From Flavobacteriales bacterium (GTDB taxonomy: Bacteria; Bacteroidota; Bacteroidia; Flavobacteriales; UBA7430): 56,200 nt of DNA. The stretch lies in NCBI GenBank assembly GCA_002692065.1, contig NZJX01000004.1, forward strand, positions 1 through 56,200. The letters are read 5' to 3'. A model generated the notes under the pieces. The model was not told the DNA's origin. It made no database searches and saw only the letters and a list, made by a program, of their open reading frames with translations. The number at the start of each line of letters is the position of its first letter. Within the stretch, counting starts at the first letter, position 1. The position numbers were made by a program, and so were the translations under genes. Shown here piece after piece: positions 10,310 to 21,766 of this stretch.

Positions 10310-11368
10310 ATGAAAAAAATGAAAAAATATTTATTAGCTCTAAGTTTATTTATTTCTCAAATTTTAACTTCACAAGATTGTTCTGATTTATTTATTTCTG
10401 AATATGTGGAGGGTTGGGGAAATAATAAAGTTATTGAATTATTTAATCCAACGATGAATCCTATTGATTTAAGTAATTATGTTTTATCAAGATGGTCTAA
10501 TGGATCTACTTCTCCAACTCCTGTCAATCTATCTGGAACAATAATGCCTAATGATGCTTTTGTAATTTGTATTGACAAAAGAGACCCGAATGGATCAGGA
10601 TTTGAAGCTCCTATTTGGAACGGATGGTATATTTTTACAGATAGTATAACTAACATGTTAGACAGTATTTATACTGAAGAAGAAGATCTTTTATCTAAAG
10701 TAGATCTTTTCATATGTCCAAGCTACGATTGTGCCATGTATTTCAATGGCAATGATGCTGTTACTCTTGAAACAGTTTCTGGAGATTTTATTGATATTTT
10801 TGGAAAAATTGGAGAAGATCCAGGTCTTGGCTGGTCTGACGGAACTGGAGCTATCTGGACTCAAGACCATACTTTAATTCGAAAAAACTCTGTAAAATCC
10901 GGATTTACATATGATCCAGGTCAACCTTATACATTTGATCCAAGTCTTGAATGGGACTCACTACCTGCTAATACTTTTGTTAATCTTGGTTTCCATGATT
11001 GTAATTGTGACAACTACATTGAAGTATCTGGATGTACTGATATTTATGCATCTAATTACGATTCGTTAGCCACTTTAGACGATGGATCCTGCGAGTATAT
11101 GAATGTAAATATCAATAAGTCAATTGATTTTTCAATTTATCCAAACCCCTCAAATCATATTTTAAATATTATTTTTAATGAAAATCAAAATGATTTTAAA
11201 GTAAAAGTGATAAGTACAATAGGTAGAGTCCTATTTGAAAAGAAATTTGGATCTGTTAGATTAAATAAAGTTCAAATAAATTTAATGGATATTTATCCAG
11301 GATCATATTTTGTTGTTATTGAAAGTAATTTCAAAAATTATATTAAAATGATTAGTATTACTCAATAA
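10310..11368 (+). CDS. Lamin-tail-domain (LTD) protein with one Cys-paired repeat and a T9SS type A C-terminal domain
   Basis: Signal peptide ending LTS-Q; LFISEYVEG..NNKVIELFNPT..IDLSNY..FNGNDAV..DHTLIRK (ExeM-type LTD); GCTD..DDGSC; IYPNPS...G.YFV CTD. Confidence 0.85.
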   Translation: MKKMKKYLLALSLFISQILTSQDCSDLFISEYVEGWGNNKVIELFNPTMNPIDLSNYVLSRWSNGSTSPTPVNLSGTIMPNDAFVICIDKRDPNGSGFEAPIWNGWYIFTDSITNMLDSIYTEEEDLLSKVDLFICPSYDCAMYFNGNDAVTLETVSGDFIDIFGKIGEDPGLGWSDGTGAIWTQDHTLIRKNSVKSGFTYDPGQPYTFDPSLEWDSLPANTFVNLGFHDCNCDNYIEVSGCTDIYASNYDSLATLDDGSCEYMNVNINKSIDFSIYPNPSNHILNIIFNENQNDFKVKVISTIGRVLFEKKFGSVRLNKVQINLMDIYPGSYFVVIESNFKNYIKMISITQ

Positions 11369-11376
11369 ACTTTTAA

Positions 11377-14148
11377 ATGAATAAGTATATAGTATTTGTT
11401 TTTACTTTTTTAATTTGTAAAAATTTAAATGCTCAAAATATAATTTCAGGATATATTTACGATTTAGATTCTAAAGAATCTTTAATTGGGGCTAATGTTA
11501 TAGTTAATGAAAAAAAGATTGGAACTGTAACTAATTATAACGGTTTTTTTAAATTAAACCTTCCTAGTGGGATATTTAATCTTACTATTTCTTACGTTGG
11601 GTACAAAGCTGTAAATAAGAGAATTGAAGTCAGAGAATCTAAATCAATTGATTTTTTTCTGGAAACTGAAATTTTAGACGAAATTTTTTTGATTTCAGAC
11701 TTTGCCAGAAGTAGAGAAACCCCAGTTGCATTTTCTAATATTTCACCAAAACAAATTGAAGAAGAATTAGCAAATCAGGATATTCCTCTTATCCTAAATA
11801 ATACTCCAGGAGTTTACGCAACTCAAAGTGGGGGTGGAGATGGAGATGCAAGAATATCTATTAGGGGGTTCAATCAAAGAAATATTGCAGTTTTAATAGA
11901 TGGAGTCCCAGTCAATGATATGGAAAATGGTTGGGTATATTGGTCTAATTGGTTTGGACTCGATATTATGACAAAAACCATACAGGTTCAAAGAGGTCTA
12001 GGAGCATCTAAACTTGCAATTCCTGCTGTTGGTGGAACTTTAAATATTTTAACTAAAGGAGTTGATAATGTTAAAAAAACTATTTTTTCAGAGAATATTG
12101 GTAATAATGGATTATTAAGAACTACTATAGGGCACAACAGTGGGAAATTAAAAAATGGTTGGGGGTACTCAATTGCAGGATCATACAAAAGAGGTAATGG
12201 ATGGGTTGATCAAACATGGACTGAAGGATTTTTTTATTACCTAAAACTTGAAAAAAAAATAAAAAACCATAAAATTTCACTTTCTGCGTTTGGAGCACCT
12301 CAGCAACATGGTCAAAGATCTTACAGGAAAGAAATAGTTCTATATGATAAATCATATGCTTCAGGGTTAGGAATAGATACTACAAATGTCGTTGGTGATT
12401 TTGGTCTTAGATATAATGAACACTGGGGGGAATTAAACAGATACACAGTGATTTTTGATGAAAATGATAACCCAATTGATACTTTATTTAGAGAAAATGA
12501 AAAAATAAATTCTAAAAAAAATTATTATCACAAGCCTCAAATAAGTTTAAATCATTTTTGGAGTAAATCTGATAAATTGATTATTTCAAATGTAATTTAT
12601 GCATCTTTTGGCTCTGGAGGTGGAACTGGAATTACTCCAAGTGTAACTCAAGAATCAGGTGGTTTTGATCAAAATAGACAAATAAATTTTCAATCTATTT
12701 TTAATAATAATTCTGGTAATACTAGACATCCTTTTTTTGGGGACTTTTCAATAGACCCACTTTATAGTCTAACAGAACATAAATCAACTCAAATTCTAAG
12801 AAGTTCAATTAATAATCATAAATGGTTTGGATTATTAACTACTTACAATTACGAATTTAATGAAAACTATACATTATCAGGAGGAATAGATTTAAGAAAG
12901 TATACAGGAGAGCATTACAGAGAAGTTTATGATCTATTAGGAGGAGATTATTTTGTTAGTAATGAAATTGCTGCGGTAGATAGTAATAATATTTTAAGAA
13001 AAGGAGATAAATTTGCATATCACAATGATGGTTTAGTTAAATGGGGGGGGGTATTCCAACAAGTTGAGTTTGATAATACGAATTGGTCAGCTTTTGTAAG
13101 TTTCTCACTTTCATCTTCTGGATATAAAAGAATTGATTACTTTAAACCCTTAGATCTTGTTCTAGAAGACACAACTATTAATCAGATATTATCAATTGGT
13201 GACACATTTATATATAAAAATAATAGCTATACTACTGAATCAAAAGAAGCAAGATTTGCTCAAACTGACTGGAAATGGATTCCTGCTTTTACATTTAAGT
13301 ATGGATTTAATTATAACATCAATGAGTTTCATAATTTTTTTATGAATTCTGGTTTCCTAACAAAAGCTCCCAGATTCAATAATGTTTACGACTTTGATAA
13401 TAGTCTATTTGAAAATATTAAAAATGAACAAATTGCTGCTATTGAACTTGGTCATAGTTATCATAGTGATAAATTTACTACTAATTTAAACCTTTATAAT
13501 ACACAATGGAAAAACAAACCTCAATCAGGAAGTACTATTTTAGATGGAGATTTTGTCAATTACAACATAAATGGAATTGATGCACTTCATCAAGGAATTG
13601 AATTTGACTTTGTTATGAGATTTTCACAAAAATATGAACTCGAATTTTTAAGCTCAATTGGAAATTGGAAATGGACATCTGGAGATAGCATTAGAAGTTA
13701 TGATCAAAATAATAATTTATTAGCTGTAGATTATTTTGATGCAACTGGTGTTCATGTAGGTGACGCTGCTCAATTACAAGTTGGTTCTAGTTTCAAATTT
13801 AAACCAAATAAAAATTCCTACGTGAAATTGAGATTTATGAGGTTTGCAAACCACTATTCGGATTTTAATCCATTTGATTTAAAAGGAGAAAATGCTGGTC
13901 GTGATTCATGGAAAACACCTGCATATGCTCTCTTTGACCTCCATGCTGGATATTCATTAAAAATTAAGAGAACTTTAATAGATTTTAAATTTAATATCCT
14001 AAATTTACTAAACACAATTTATATAACTGATGCATTAAATAATGATGCCTATATACCTGGAAATGAATTTAACTTTGATGCAAGTTCCGCATCGGTCTTC
14101 TTTGGAATGGGTAGAAGGTTTTCAACTTCAATAAAAATTTCTTTTTGA
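11377..14148 (+). CDS. TonB-dependent receptor
   Basis: Signal peptide; N-terminal CarboxypepD_reg-like domain (ESLIGANV); plug (IRGFNQ..VLIDGVPVND..IQVQRG..GGTLNI); beta-barrel ending in Phe. Confidence 0.95.
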   Translation: MNKYIVFVFTFLICKNLNAQNIISGYIYDLDSKESLIGANVIVNEKKIGTVTNYNGFFKLNLPSGIFNLTISYVGYKAVNKRIEVRESKSIDFFLETEILDEIFLISDFARSRETPVAFSNISPKQIEEELANQDIPLILNNTPGVYATQSGGGDGDARISIRGFNQRNIAVLIDGVPVNDMENGWVYWSNWFGLDIMTKTIQVQRGLGASKLAIPAVGGTLNILTKGVDNVKKTIFSENIGNNGLLRTTIGHNSGKLKNGWGYSIAGSYKRGNGWVDQTWTEGFFYYLKLEKKIKNHKISLSAFGAPQQHGQRSYRKEIVLYDKSYASGLGIDTTNVVGDFGLRYNEHWGELNRYTVIFDENDNPIDTLFRENEKINSKKNYYHKPQISLNHFWSKSDKLIISNVIYASFGSGGGTGITPSVTQESGGFDQNRQINFQSIFNNNSGNTRHPFFGDFSIDPLYSLTEHKSTQILRSSINNHKWFGLLTTYNYEFNENYTLSGGIDLRKYTGEHYREVYDLLGGDYFVSNEIAAVDSNNILRKGDKFAYHNDGLVKWGGVFQQVEFDNTNWSAFVSFSLSSSGYKRIDYFKPLDLVLEDTTINQILSIGDTFIYKNNSYTTESKEARFAQTDWKWIPAFTFKYGFNYNINEFHNFFMNSGFLTKAPRFNNVYDFDNSLFENIKNEQIAAIELGHSYHSDKFTTNLNLYNTQWKNKPQSGSTILDGDFVNYNINGIDALHQGIEFDFVMRFSQKYELEFLSSIGNWKWTSGDSIRSYDQNNNLLAVDYFDATGVHVGDAAQLQVGSSFKFKPNKNSYVKLRFMRFANHYSDFNPFDLKGENAGRDSWKTPAYALFDLHAGYSLKIKRTLIDFKFNILNLLNTIYITDALNNDAYIPGNEFNFDASSASVFFGMGRRFSTSIKISF

Positions 14149-14149
14149 C

Positions 14150-17100
14150 ATGAAAAAACATTTATTAATATTATACTTTATTACATTAAATTCAATTTTT
14201 GTAAATTCCCAAAATTCTAATTACTATGAAAATTCCCAAAATTTAGTTGGTGAAGATCTTAAGGAATCTCTTCATAATCTAATTAAAAATCATAATGAGT
14301 TTTCTTACAGTTCTAGTAAACAAATTTTAAAATTAAGTGATGAAGATCCTGCTAATTCCTCAAATATAATACTCATTTATAAAGGGAATTCGATTAATAA
14401 AGATGATTTTGCATCTAACATGGAGCCAAACTTTTGGAATAGGGAACATGTTTGGGTTAAATCACAAGGAGGATTTAATGGTGATGAAACATACGGGAAT
14501 AAAGGTGCTTACAGCGATGCCCATAATCTAAAACCTTGTGATGCAACAATCAATTCAGATAGAGGTACCAAAGATTTTGATAATGGAGGAGTTCCAAACT
14601 CTGAAGCAGTAAATTGTAATTTTACTAGTACAACTTGGGAACCAAGAGATGAAGTGAAAGGAGATGTTGCTAGAATTATTTTTTATATGGATGTCAGATA
14701 CAACGGGGCTGAAGGAGAACCAAATTTGTCGGTGGTAGACTATATTAATAACTCATCTACTCCTTTCCATGGAAAACTTTCAACTCTTCTTGAATGGAAT
14801 GAAATTGACCCTGTTGATGCATTTGAAAGAAGAAGAAATCAAGTAATTTTTAATTGGCAACAAAATAGAAACCCATTTGTTGACTATCCTGATTTTGCAA
14901 ATTTAATTTGGGGAAACTCCTCACCCAATTCCTTGGGGTTTAATGAAGTAAATTTAGAATATTCCAATCCTAGTGAAATTCAAAGCCAAAGTATTTCAGT
15001 AGATATTTCTAATTCATTTATTACCCCAATTGATCAAGTTGAACTTAGATATGCTTCATCATGGTTCGACATTTATGATGATAATGGAATTATCGAAGAA
15101 TACAATTCTTTGATGACATTAAATAGTGAAACAGGTCTTTATGAAGGTAATATTCCTAGTTTCCCGGAAGGAACAGATGTAAAATATACTATCACAATAA
15201 GATTAGATAGCTTTAATAATACTTTCTATGGAAATTATAAAGTTGCTTTAAATCCATTTGAAGGAGAGTTAATATCTATACAAGATGTTCAGGGAAATTC
15301 AGATTACTCACCATATGAGAATGAGACAATATCTACAAAAGGAGTTGTAACAGCAGTTATTGGAGATGATTTCTATATCCAAGATGGTACTTCTCCAAGA
15401 AGTGGGATATATGTTTATACTTCTCCCGTAATTCCCTCTTTGGGTGACAGCGTAATAGTAACTGGGGAAGTTTCAGAATTCCAATGGGAAGATCCAACTG
15501 ATGAAAAAATGACTGAGTTAGCTTATCCAGATGCCGTATATATTCTTAATTCAAATAATCCAATTCCTGAACCTGTTGATATAGAAACTGGCAATCTGAA
15601 TTCGGAAGATTTTGAGGGAATGCTAGTAAAAGTTAATAATGTTACTGTAACTTATGCAACTTTTAACTTTGATGACTATGGACAATGGAAAGTTGATGAT
15701 GGTTCTGGTCAATGTAATATTCACAATACGATTGAAGGATATGAATACCCTGCTGTAGTAGGTGAATACTTATCTTCAATAACTGGGGTTAGTAACTATT
15801 TATTTGGTGAGTGGAAAATTGATTTACGAATGCCTGACGATGTTGATGGTGCTCCGGATACTTTTGCTCCATCAATAGTTAGTTGCGAAGTAATAAACGA
15901 AAGTTCAATTAACTTAATTTTTAATGAAGATTTAGATGAAACTTCTGCTGAAAACATCGAAAATTATTCAATTAATAACAATGTAATAATTAATTCTGCT
16001 AATCAAAATCTTTTTCAAAAATCCAGAGTGGTTTTAAGCGTTTCAAATTTATTAACAGGTAATTACGTTCTAACAATATCTAATGTTGAAGACTTACTTG
16101 GCAATTATATAGTAAATGAAACAATTTCTTTTGACTTCATTGAACTTAATGATCAAATATTGGGGTGTACTGATATAAATGCATTAAATTTTAATGAATT
16201 AGCTAATATTGACGATGGCTCATGCGAATATAATTCAAATCCTATTTTTGAAAAATCATTATTTTTCTCAGAATATGCTGAAGGTAGTTCTTATAATAAA
16301 TATCTTGAAATATATAATCCTACCAATGAGAAAATTAGTCTAGATAATTATGGATTCCCTAGCTGTGCAAATGATCCAACTGATCAAATTTCAATTGGGC
16401 CTCATGAATACTGGAATAATTTCCCACAAGGAGCAGAAATAGAATCTCAAGAAGTTTATATTATAGCTCATCCTCAAGCTGATGACTACATATATGATTT
16501 AGCTGACCATTTTCATCAATATTTAAGTAATGGGAATGATGGATATGCACTAGTTTATGGGACCGAAGAAAATTATGAAATTATTGATAAAATTGGTGAT
16601 TGGGTTGAAGATCCAGGAAATGGTTGGGATGTTGCTGGAGTTAGTGATGCTACTATGGATCACACTTTAATTAGAAAATGTGAAATTAGTAGTGGTAATT
16701 CAGATTGGAATTCATCAGCTGGTACTAATGCAGAAAATTCTGAGTGGATTGTCAATAATAACGAAGATTGGTCAAATCTAGGAATACATAATATTTGTTA
16801 TGATCAAATCATTTTTGGTTGTACTGATGAAAATTCAATAAATTATAATCCTAATGCAACTTTAGATGATGGAAGTTGTATTGATCCAATATTTGGATGC
16901 ATGGATTCTACTTACCAAGAATATGATCCTATGGCAAATGTAAATAATCCAGATGATTGTTTAAATCTTATAGGAATCCATAAAATAAATTTTAATGAAA
17001 GCTTTAAACTTTTTCCAAATCCTAGCGATCAATTAATTAATCTAGTTGCTAATAACAACTTTAAAAAAATTAATATTAGTATTACAAATAATATTGGGAT

Positions 17101-17242
17101 ATTAGTATCAAAAATTGAATTCGGAAATATGAAACAAAATGACAAAATTCAAATTGATATATCTGAACTCAAATCTGGCTTTTATTATATAATTTTAAAT
17201 TCACGAGAATTAAATGTGAGTAGCTACTTTGTGAAAAACTAA
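14150..17242 (+). CDS. Secreted endonuclease I / Bsn-family nuclease with OB-fold region, Ig-like domain, LTD, Cys-paired repeats and T9SS CTD
   Basis: [26 protein letters not shown] and [22 protein letters not shown] (His-Me finger); [35 protein letters not shown] and EGMLV (ExeM-like OB folds); [12 protein letters not shown]; FPNPS CTD. Confidence 0.92.
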   Translation: MKKHLLILYFITLNSIFVNSQNSNYYENSQNLVGEDLKESLHNLIKNHNEFSYSSSKQILKLSDEDPANSSNIILIYKGNSINKDDFASNMEPNFWNREHVWVKSQGGFNGDETYGNKGAYSDAHNLKPCDATINSDRGTKDFDNGGVPNSEAVNCNFTSTTWEPRDEVKGDVARIIFYMDVRYNGAEGEPNLSVVDYINNSSTPFHGKLSTLLEWNEIDPVDAFERRRNQVIFNWQQNRNPFVDYPDFANLIWGNSSPNSLGFNEVNLEYSNPSEIQSQSISVDISNSFITPIDQVELRYASSWFDIYDDNGIIEEYNSLMTLNSETGLYEGNIPSFPEGTDVKYTITIRLDSFNNTFYGNYKVALNPFEGELISIQDVQGNSDYSPYENETISTKGVVTAVIGDDFYIQDGTSPRSGIYVYTSPVIPSLGDSVIVTGEVSEFQWEDPTDEKMTELAYPDAVYILNSNNPIPEPVDIETGNLNSEDFEGMLVKVNNVTVTYATFNFDDYGQWKVDDGSGQCNIHNTIEGYEYPAVVGEYLSSITGVSNYLFGEWKIDLRMPDDVDGAPDTFAPSIVSCEVINESSINLIFNEDLDETSAENIENYSINNNVIINSANQNLFQKSRVVLSVSNLLTGNYVLTISNVEDLLGNYIVNETISFDFIELNDQILGCTDINALNFNELANIDDGSCEYNSNPIFEKSLFFSEYAEGSSYNKYLEIYNPTNEKISLDNYGFPSCANDPTDQISIGPHEYWNNFPQGAEIESQEVYIIAHPQADDYIYDLADHFHQYLSNGNDGYALVYGTEENYEIIDKIGDWVEDPGNGWDVAGVSDATMDHTLIRKCEISSGNSDWNSSAGTNAENSEWIVNNNEDWSNLGIHNICYDQIIFGCTDENSINYNPNATLDDGSCIDPIFGCMDSTYQEYDPMANVNNPDDCLNLIGIHKINFNESFKLFPNPSDQLINLVANNNFKKINISITNNIGILVSKIEFGNMKQNDKIQIDISELKSGFYYIILNSRELNVSSYFVKN

Positions 17243-18921
17243 TTTTTATTTAGAAGATCAATCTGATTTTTAATTTCAAAGTCTTCAATTTTTCTAAACA
17301 ATAAAATTGATTTGGAAATTTTTGAACCTTCAACTAAAATTTTTACTGATTTTGAATCACTCCAATAAGTTTTTTTTAATCCTAAAATTGATTTTAATTT
17401 TTCAGAGGTAAAAGGCAAAAAAGGTTCAGAAACTATTGCCAAAACTGAACATATATGAAGTGAAATATTTAATATTGTCTTAGTTCTAATTAGATTTACT
17501 TTTATTTCTTTCCATGGCTCTTCTTCAGCTAAATATTTATTTCCTAACCTAGGAATATTAATTAATTCAGTTATAGCCTCTTTAAATTTGAACTTTTCAA
17601 TATATTCCTCAATTCTCAATACTAGTTTATTGAGCTCATTTAAAGATTTTTTATCATTTTTACTTATTGAAATCCCTCTTTCTGGGACAATTCCTCCAAA
17701 ATAATTATTTACAAGAGATACAACTCTATTTATAAAATTACCATATATTGAGACTAATTCAGAATTGTTTCTTATTTGAAAATCTTTCCATGTAAAATCA
17801 TTATCTTTTGTTTGAGGTGCAGTTATACAGAGAACGTATCTTAAAACATCTTGCATATCTTTGAAATCAAGCAAATACTTATCTAACCAAACTGCCCAAT
17901 TCCTTGATGTAGAAATTTTTGCTCCTTCTAAATTTAAAAATTCATTAGCAGGAATATTATTAGGTAAGATGAATTCTCCGTGAGCCTCTAACATTACTGG
18001 GAAAATAATGCAGTGAAAAACAATATTATCTTTACCAATAAAATGAATTAATTTTGTTTGAGATGACTTCCAATATGGCTCCCAATCTTTATTTGATTTT
18101 TCTGCCCATTTTTTAGTTGCAGATATATATCCAATTGGTGCGTCAAACCATACATATAAAACCTTATTTTTAGATTTATCGATTGGCAAATTTACACCCC
18201 AATCTAGATCCCTTGTTACAGCTCTTGGTTTTAAGCCTTCATTTAACCATGAATTACATTGACCGAATACATTGGGCCTCCATTCTAATTTTTTTTTTGA
18301 TATCCAACTTTTTAAAGTTGATTGATATTTATCTAATGGTAAATACCAGTGAGTTGTTTTTTTAAGTATTGGAGAATTCCCACTTAATTTAGATTTTGGA
18401 TTAATTAAATCTTTAGGAGATAAGGTAGAACCACATTTTTCACATTGATCACCATAAGCCTCTTTATTACCACAATAGGGACATTCACCTTGAATATATC
18501 TATCTGCTAAAAATTGTTGTTCATATTCATCATAATATTGCAGACTCTCTTTTTTATACAAAATTTTTTTATTGAGTAATTTTAAAAAAAAATCTGAAGC
18601 TGTTCTATGATGTAGTTTATCTGATGTTCTGTAATATATATCAAAACTTATCCCAAAGTCTTTGAATATTTTATCTATTAAATTATGATATTTATCAACA
18701 ATTTTTTGTGGGTGAACTCCTTCCTTTTTTGCTGATATTTTAATTGGAACTCCATGCTCATCTGAGCCGCAGAGAAATAAAACATCTTTTTTATTGAGCC
18801 TTAAATATCTTGCATAAATATCACTTGGTAAATACACACCTGATAGATGGCCTATATGAATTGGGCCATTGGTATATGGTAAAGCGGCAGTTATAGTATA
18901 TCTTTTATATTTTTTACTCAT
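17239..18921 (-). CDS. metG: Methionine--tRNA ligase, short form without the C-terminal tRNA-binding domain
   Basis: [20 protein letters not shown] knuckle, YVWFDA, FIGKDN, KISTS; ATG at 18921 (the track uses TTG 18924). Confidence 0.96.
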   Translation of the reverse strand: MSKKYKRYTITAALPYTNGPIHIGHLSGVYLPSDIYARYLRLNKKDVLFLCGSDEHGVPIKISAKKEGVHPQKIVDKYHNLIDKIFKDFGISFDIYYRTSDKLHHRTASDFFLKLLNKKILYKKESLQYYDEYEQQFLADRYIQGECPYCGNKEAYGDQCEKCGSTLSPKDLINPKSKLSGNSPILKKTTHWYLPLDKYQSTLKSWISKKKLEWRPNVFGQCNSWLNEGLKPRAVTRDLDWGVNLPIDKSKNKVLYVWFDAPIGYISATKKWAEKSNKDWEPYWKSSQTKLIHFIGKDNIVFHCIIFPVMLEAHGEFILPNNIPANEFLNLEGAKISTSRNWAVWLDKYLLDFKDMQDVLRYVLCITAPQTKDNDFTWKDFQIRNNSELVSIYGNFINRVVSLVNNYFGGIVPERGISISKNDKKSLNELNKLVLRIEEYIEKFKFKEAITELINIPRLGNKYLAEEEPWKEIKVNLIRTKTILNISLHICSVLAIVSEPFLPFTSEKLKSILGLKKTYWSDSKSVKILVEGSKISKSILLFRKIEDFEIKNQIDLLNKN

Positions 18922-19033
18922 CAATTTAGTTATACTTATGCAAAGTAAACAAACTTTAATTGAAAACTTAAATTATTATTTAAATTTACTTTATTTAGCA
19001 TAATTAGTATATTTTTATTTAAAAGTTAGATTA

Positions 19034-19933
19034 ATGCAACTATCCAAAAAAATATCTTTAAAAAAAAATGATAATGTCATATTTATTTCTACAGCTAAAT
19101 ATTCCAGAAAAGAAGAATTATCTTTTTCCGTTAAACTATTGGAATCATGGGGATTAAATGTAGATTTTGGAAAAAATTTGTACAAAAGAAATCGTATTTT
19201 TTCTGGATCAATAGATGAAAGATTGAGTGACATTCAATATGCATTAGATAATAATGAATATAAAGCAATTTTTTTTACAAGGGGCGGTTATGGATCAATA
19301 CAAATTTTAGACTTAATTAACTGGATTAAGTTTTCAAACCATCCAAAACTTATGATTGGATTCAGCGATATTACAATTTTTCATTCACATGTAATTAATA
19401 ATTTTAATATTGAAACTATTCATTCAAATATGCCATATTTTTACATAAATTCAAGTAAAAAAAGTATTAAGAATCTCAAAAATATATTATTTGGTAATGC
19501 TATCACATATAAGTTCAAATCCACAAAAAAAAATAAGTTTGGTGAATGTGGAGGTAAAATAATTGGTGGGAATCTTTCAATATTATGTTCACTTTTAGGT
19601 TCAACTAGTCAAATTAACACAAAAAATAATATTCTATTTATTGAAGATGTAGACGAATACTATTATCAAATTGAAAGAATGATATATAGTTTAAAGCGAG
19701 CAGGTTTTTTTGATAGTTTAAAAGGACTAGTAGTTGGAAAATTTAAAAAAATAAAAGATAATAAGATTAAATTTGGGAAAAATTTATATGATATCATACT
19801 TGACTTAACTCATGAATATTCATTTCCCATTGCATTTAATCTTCCAATTGGCCATTTATTTAATAATAACCCTATTATTTTTAACACAAAGATTAAATTA
19901 ATAGTGAATGAGAATTTTGTAATTATCAAATAA
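19034..19933 (+). CDS. LD-carboxypeptidase (peptidase S66)
   Basis: RGGYG, GFSDIT, GGNLS, LFIEDV.E and IGH motifs. Confidence 0.92.
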   Translation: MQLSKKISLKKNDNVIFISTAKYSRKEELSFSVKLLESWGLNVDFGKNLYKRNRIFSGSIDERLSDIQYALDNNEYKAIFFTRGGYGSIQILDLINWIKFSNHPKLMIGFSDITIFHSHVINNFNIETIHSNMPYFYINSSKKSIKNLKNILFGNAITYKFKSTKKNKFGECGGKIIGGNLSILCSLLGSTSQINTKNNILFIEDVDEYYYQIERMIYSLKRAGFFDSLKGLVVGKFKKIKDNKIKFGKNLYDIILDLTHEYSFPIAFNLPIGHLFNNNPIIFNTKIKLIVNENFVIIK

Positions 19934-19981
19934 TTTATACAATATATAACTTAATTTGATGATTAAAATTAAACAATTTAG

Positions 19982-19989
19982 TAATTTTG
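19982..19989 (+). promoter_or_regulatory. -7 box TAATTTTG upstream of aspS-hemACDEF
   Basis: TAnnTTTG match 10 nt before ATG 20000. Confidence 0.5.
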
Positions 19990-19999
19990 AAATAAAAAT

Positions 20000-21745
20000 A
20001 TGTTCAGAACTCATAACTGCGGGGAATTAAACATTTCTCATATTGATCAAAATATTCAACTTTCAGGTTGGATTCAAAAATCTAGAGATTTAGGAGGATT
20101 AACTTTCATTGATTTAAGAGACAGATACGGTATAACTCAACTTATATTCAATATTGAAAAAGATGAAAACTTATGTCTTAAGGCAAGAAAGTTAGGAAGA
20201 GAATGTGTTATTCATATTGAAGGAATTGTTGTTGAGCGAAGTTCTAAAAATAAAAAAATTAAGACTGGTGAAATAGAAATTAATGTCATAAAACTAAATA
20301 TTTTAAATCTCTCTAAATCTCCTCCATTCACAATTGAAAATAATACAGATGGTGGAGATGATCTAAGAATGAAATTTAGATATTTAGATTTAAGAAGACC
20401 CATATCAAAAAATAAAATTATTTTCAGATCAAAAATTGTACAAGAAATAAGAAAGTTTCTTAATTCAAATGAATTTATTGAAATTGAAACTCCAGTTCTA
20501 ATTAAATCAACACCAGAAGGTGCCAGAGATTTTATTGTCCCTAGTCGAATGAATGAAGGTCAGTTTTACGCTTTACCTCAATCACCTCAAACATTCAAAC
20601 AACTTTTAATGGTATCAGGATTTGATAAATATTTTCAAATTGTAAAATGTTTCAGAGATGAAGATCTTAGAGCAGACAGACAACCTGAATTTACCCAAAT
20701 AGACTGTGAAATGTCATTTGTCACTCAAGATGAAATTTTAAATAAATTCGAAAATTTAATTAAGTATTTATTTGACTCAATTTTGAATGTGAAATTAAAT
20801 GACTTTCCAAGAATATCATATGAGGACGCTATGAAAAATTATGGAAATGATAAGCCTGATATTAGATTTGACATGAAACTTCATGAAATAAATAATTTAA
20901 CGAAAAATAAAGGTTTCGAGATTTTTGATAATTCTGAACTAATATTAGGTATAAATGCTAATGAATGTTCCAATTACTCTAGAAAAAGTCTTGATGAAAT
21001 TACTAATTGGGTAAAAAGACCTCAAATTGGTGCTTCTGGATTGATATATATTAAATTCAATACTGATAAATCTATTAAATCCTCAATTGACAAATTTTTT
21101 AATACTTCAGAATTAAAAAAAATATTGGACTATTTTAAAGCTAAACCAGGAGACTTAATTCTTATTTTAAGTGGGATGAAAAATAAAGTAAGAAAACAAA
21201 TGAGTGAGCTACGTATAATGATGGCAAATAGAATGGGATTAATTAAAAAAAATGAATTTGCTCCGATATGGATTATAGATTTCCCCTTACTTGAATGGGA
21301 CGATGAATCAAATAGATTTCATGCAATGCATCATCCTTTTACTTCGCCAAAACAAAATCATATTGATATTCTATCACAGAGTCCTGAAAAAGTTTTAGCA
21401 AATGCTTACGATTTAGTTTTGAATGGAAATGAAATTGGAGGAGGGTCAATCAGAATTCACGATATGAATTTACAAAAACTTCTTTTCAAACTTTTAGGAT
21501 TCAGTGAGAAGGAAGCTCAAAACCAATTTGGTTTCTTGATGAATGCCTTTGAATATGGAGCCCCTCCTCATGGAGGAATTGCTCTTGGTTTAGACAGACT
21601 TTGTGCACTATTGGATGGTAATGAATCAATTAGAGATTATATTGCATTCCCAAAAAATAACTCAGGAAGAGATATCATGATTGATGCTCCATCTCATATT
21701 GATAATAGTCAACTTTCTGAATTAAACTTGAAGTTAGATATTTAA
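20000..21745 (+). CDS. aspS: Aspartate--tRNA ligase
   Basis: [66 protein letters not shown]. Confidence 0.98.
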   Translation: MFRTHNCGELNISHIDQNIQLSGWIQKSRDLGGLTFIDLRDRYGITQLIFNIEKDENLCLKARKLGRECVIHIEGIVVERSSKNKKIKTGEIEINVIKLNILNLSKSPPFTIENNTDGGDDLRMKFRYLDLRRPISKNKIIFRSKIVQEIRKFLNSNEFIEIETPVLIKSTPEGARDFIVPSRMNEGQFYALPQSPQTFKQLLMVSGFDKYFQIVKCFRDEDLRADRQPEFTQIDCEMSFVTQDEILNKFENLIKYLFDSILNVKLNDFPRISYEDAMKNYGNDKPDIRFDMKLHEINNLTKNKGFEIFDNSELILGINANECSNYSRKSLDEITNWVKRPQIGASGLIYIKFNTDKSIKSSIDKFFNTSELKKILDYFKAKPGDLILILSGMKNKVRKQMSELRIMMANRMGLIKKNEFAPIWIIDFPLLEWDDESNRFHAMHHPFTSPKQNHIDILSQSPEKVLANAYDLVLNGNEIGGGSIRIHDMNLQKLLFKLLGFSEKEAQNQFGFLMNAFEYGAPPHGGIALGLDRLCALLDGNESIRDYIAFPKNNSGRDIMIDAPSHIDNSQLSELNLKLDI

Positions 21746-21766
21746 TACATTAAAATACTTTTTAAT

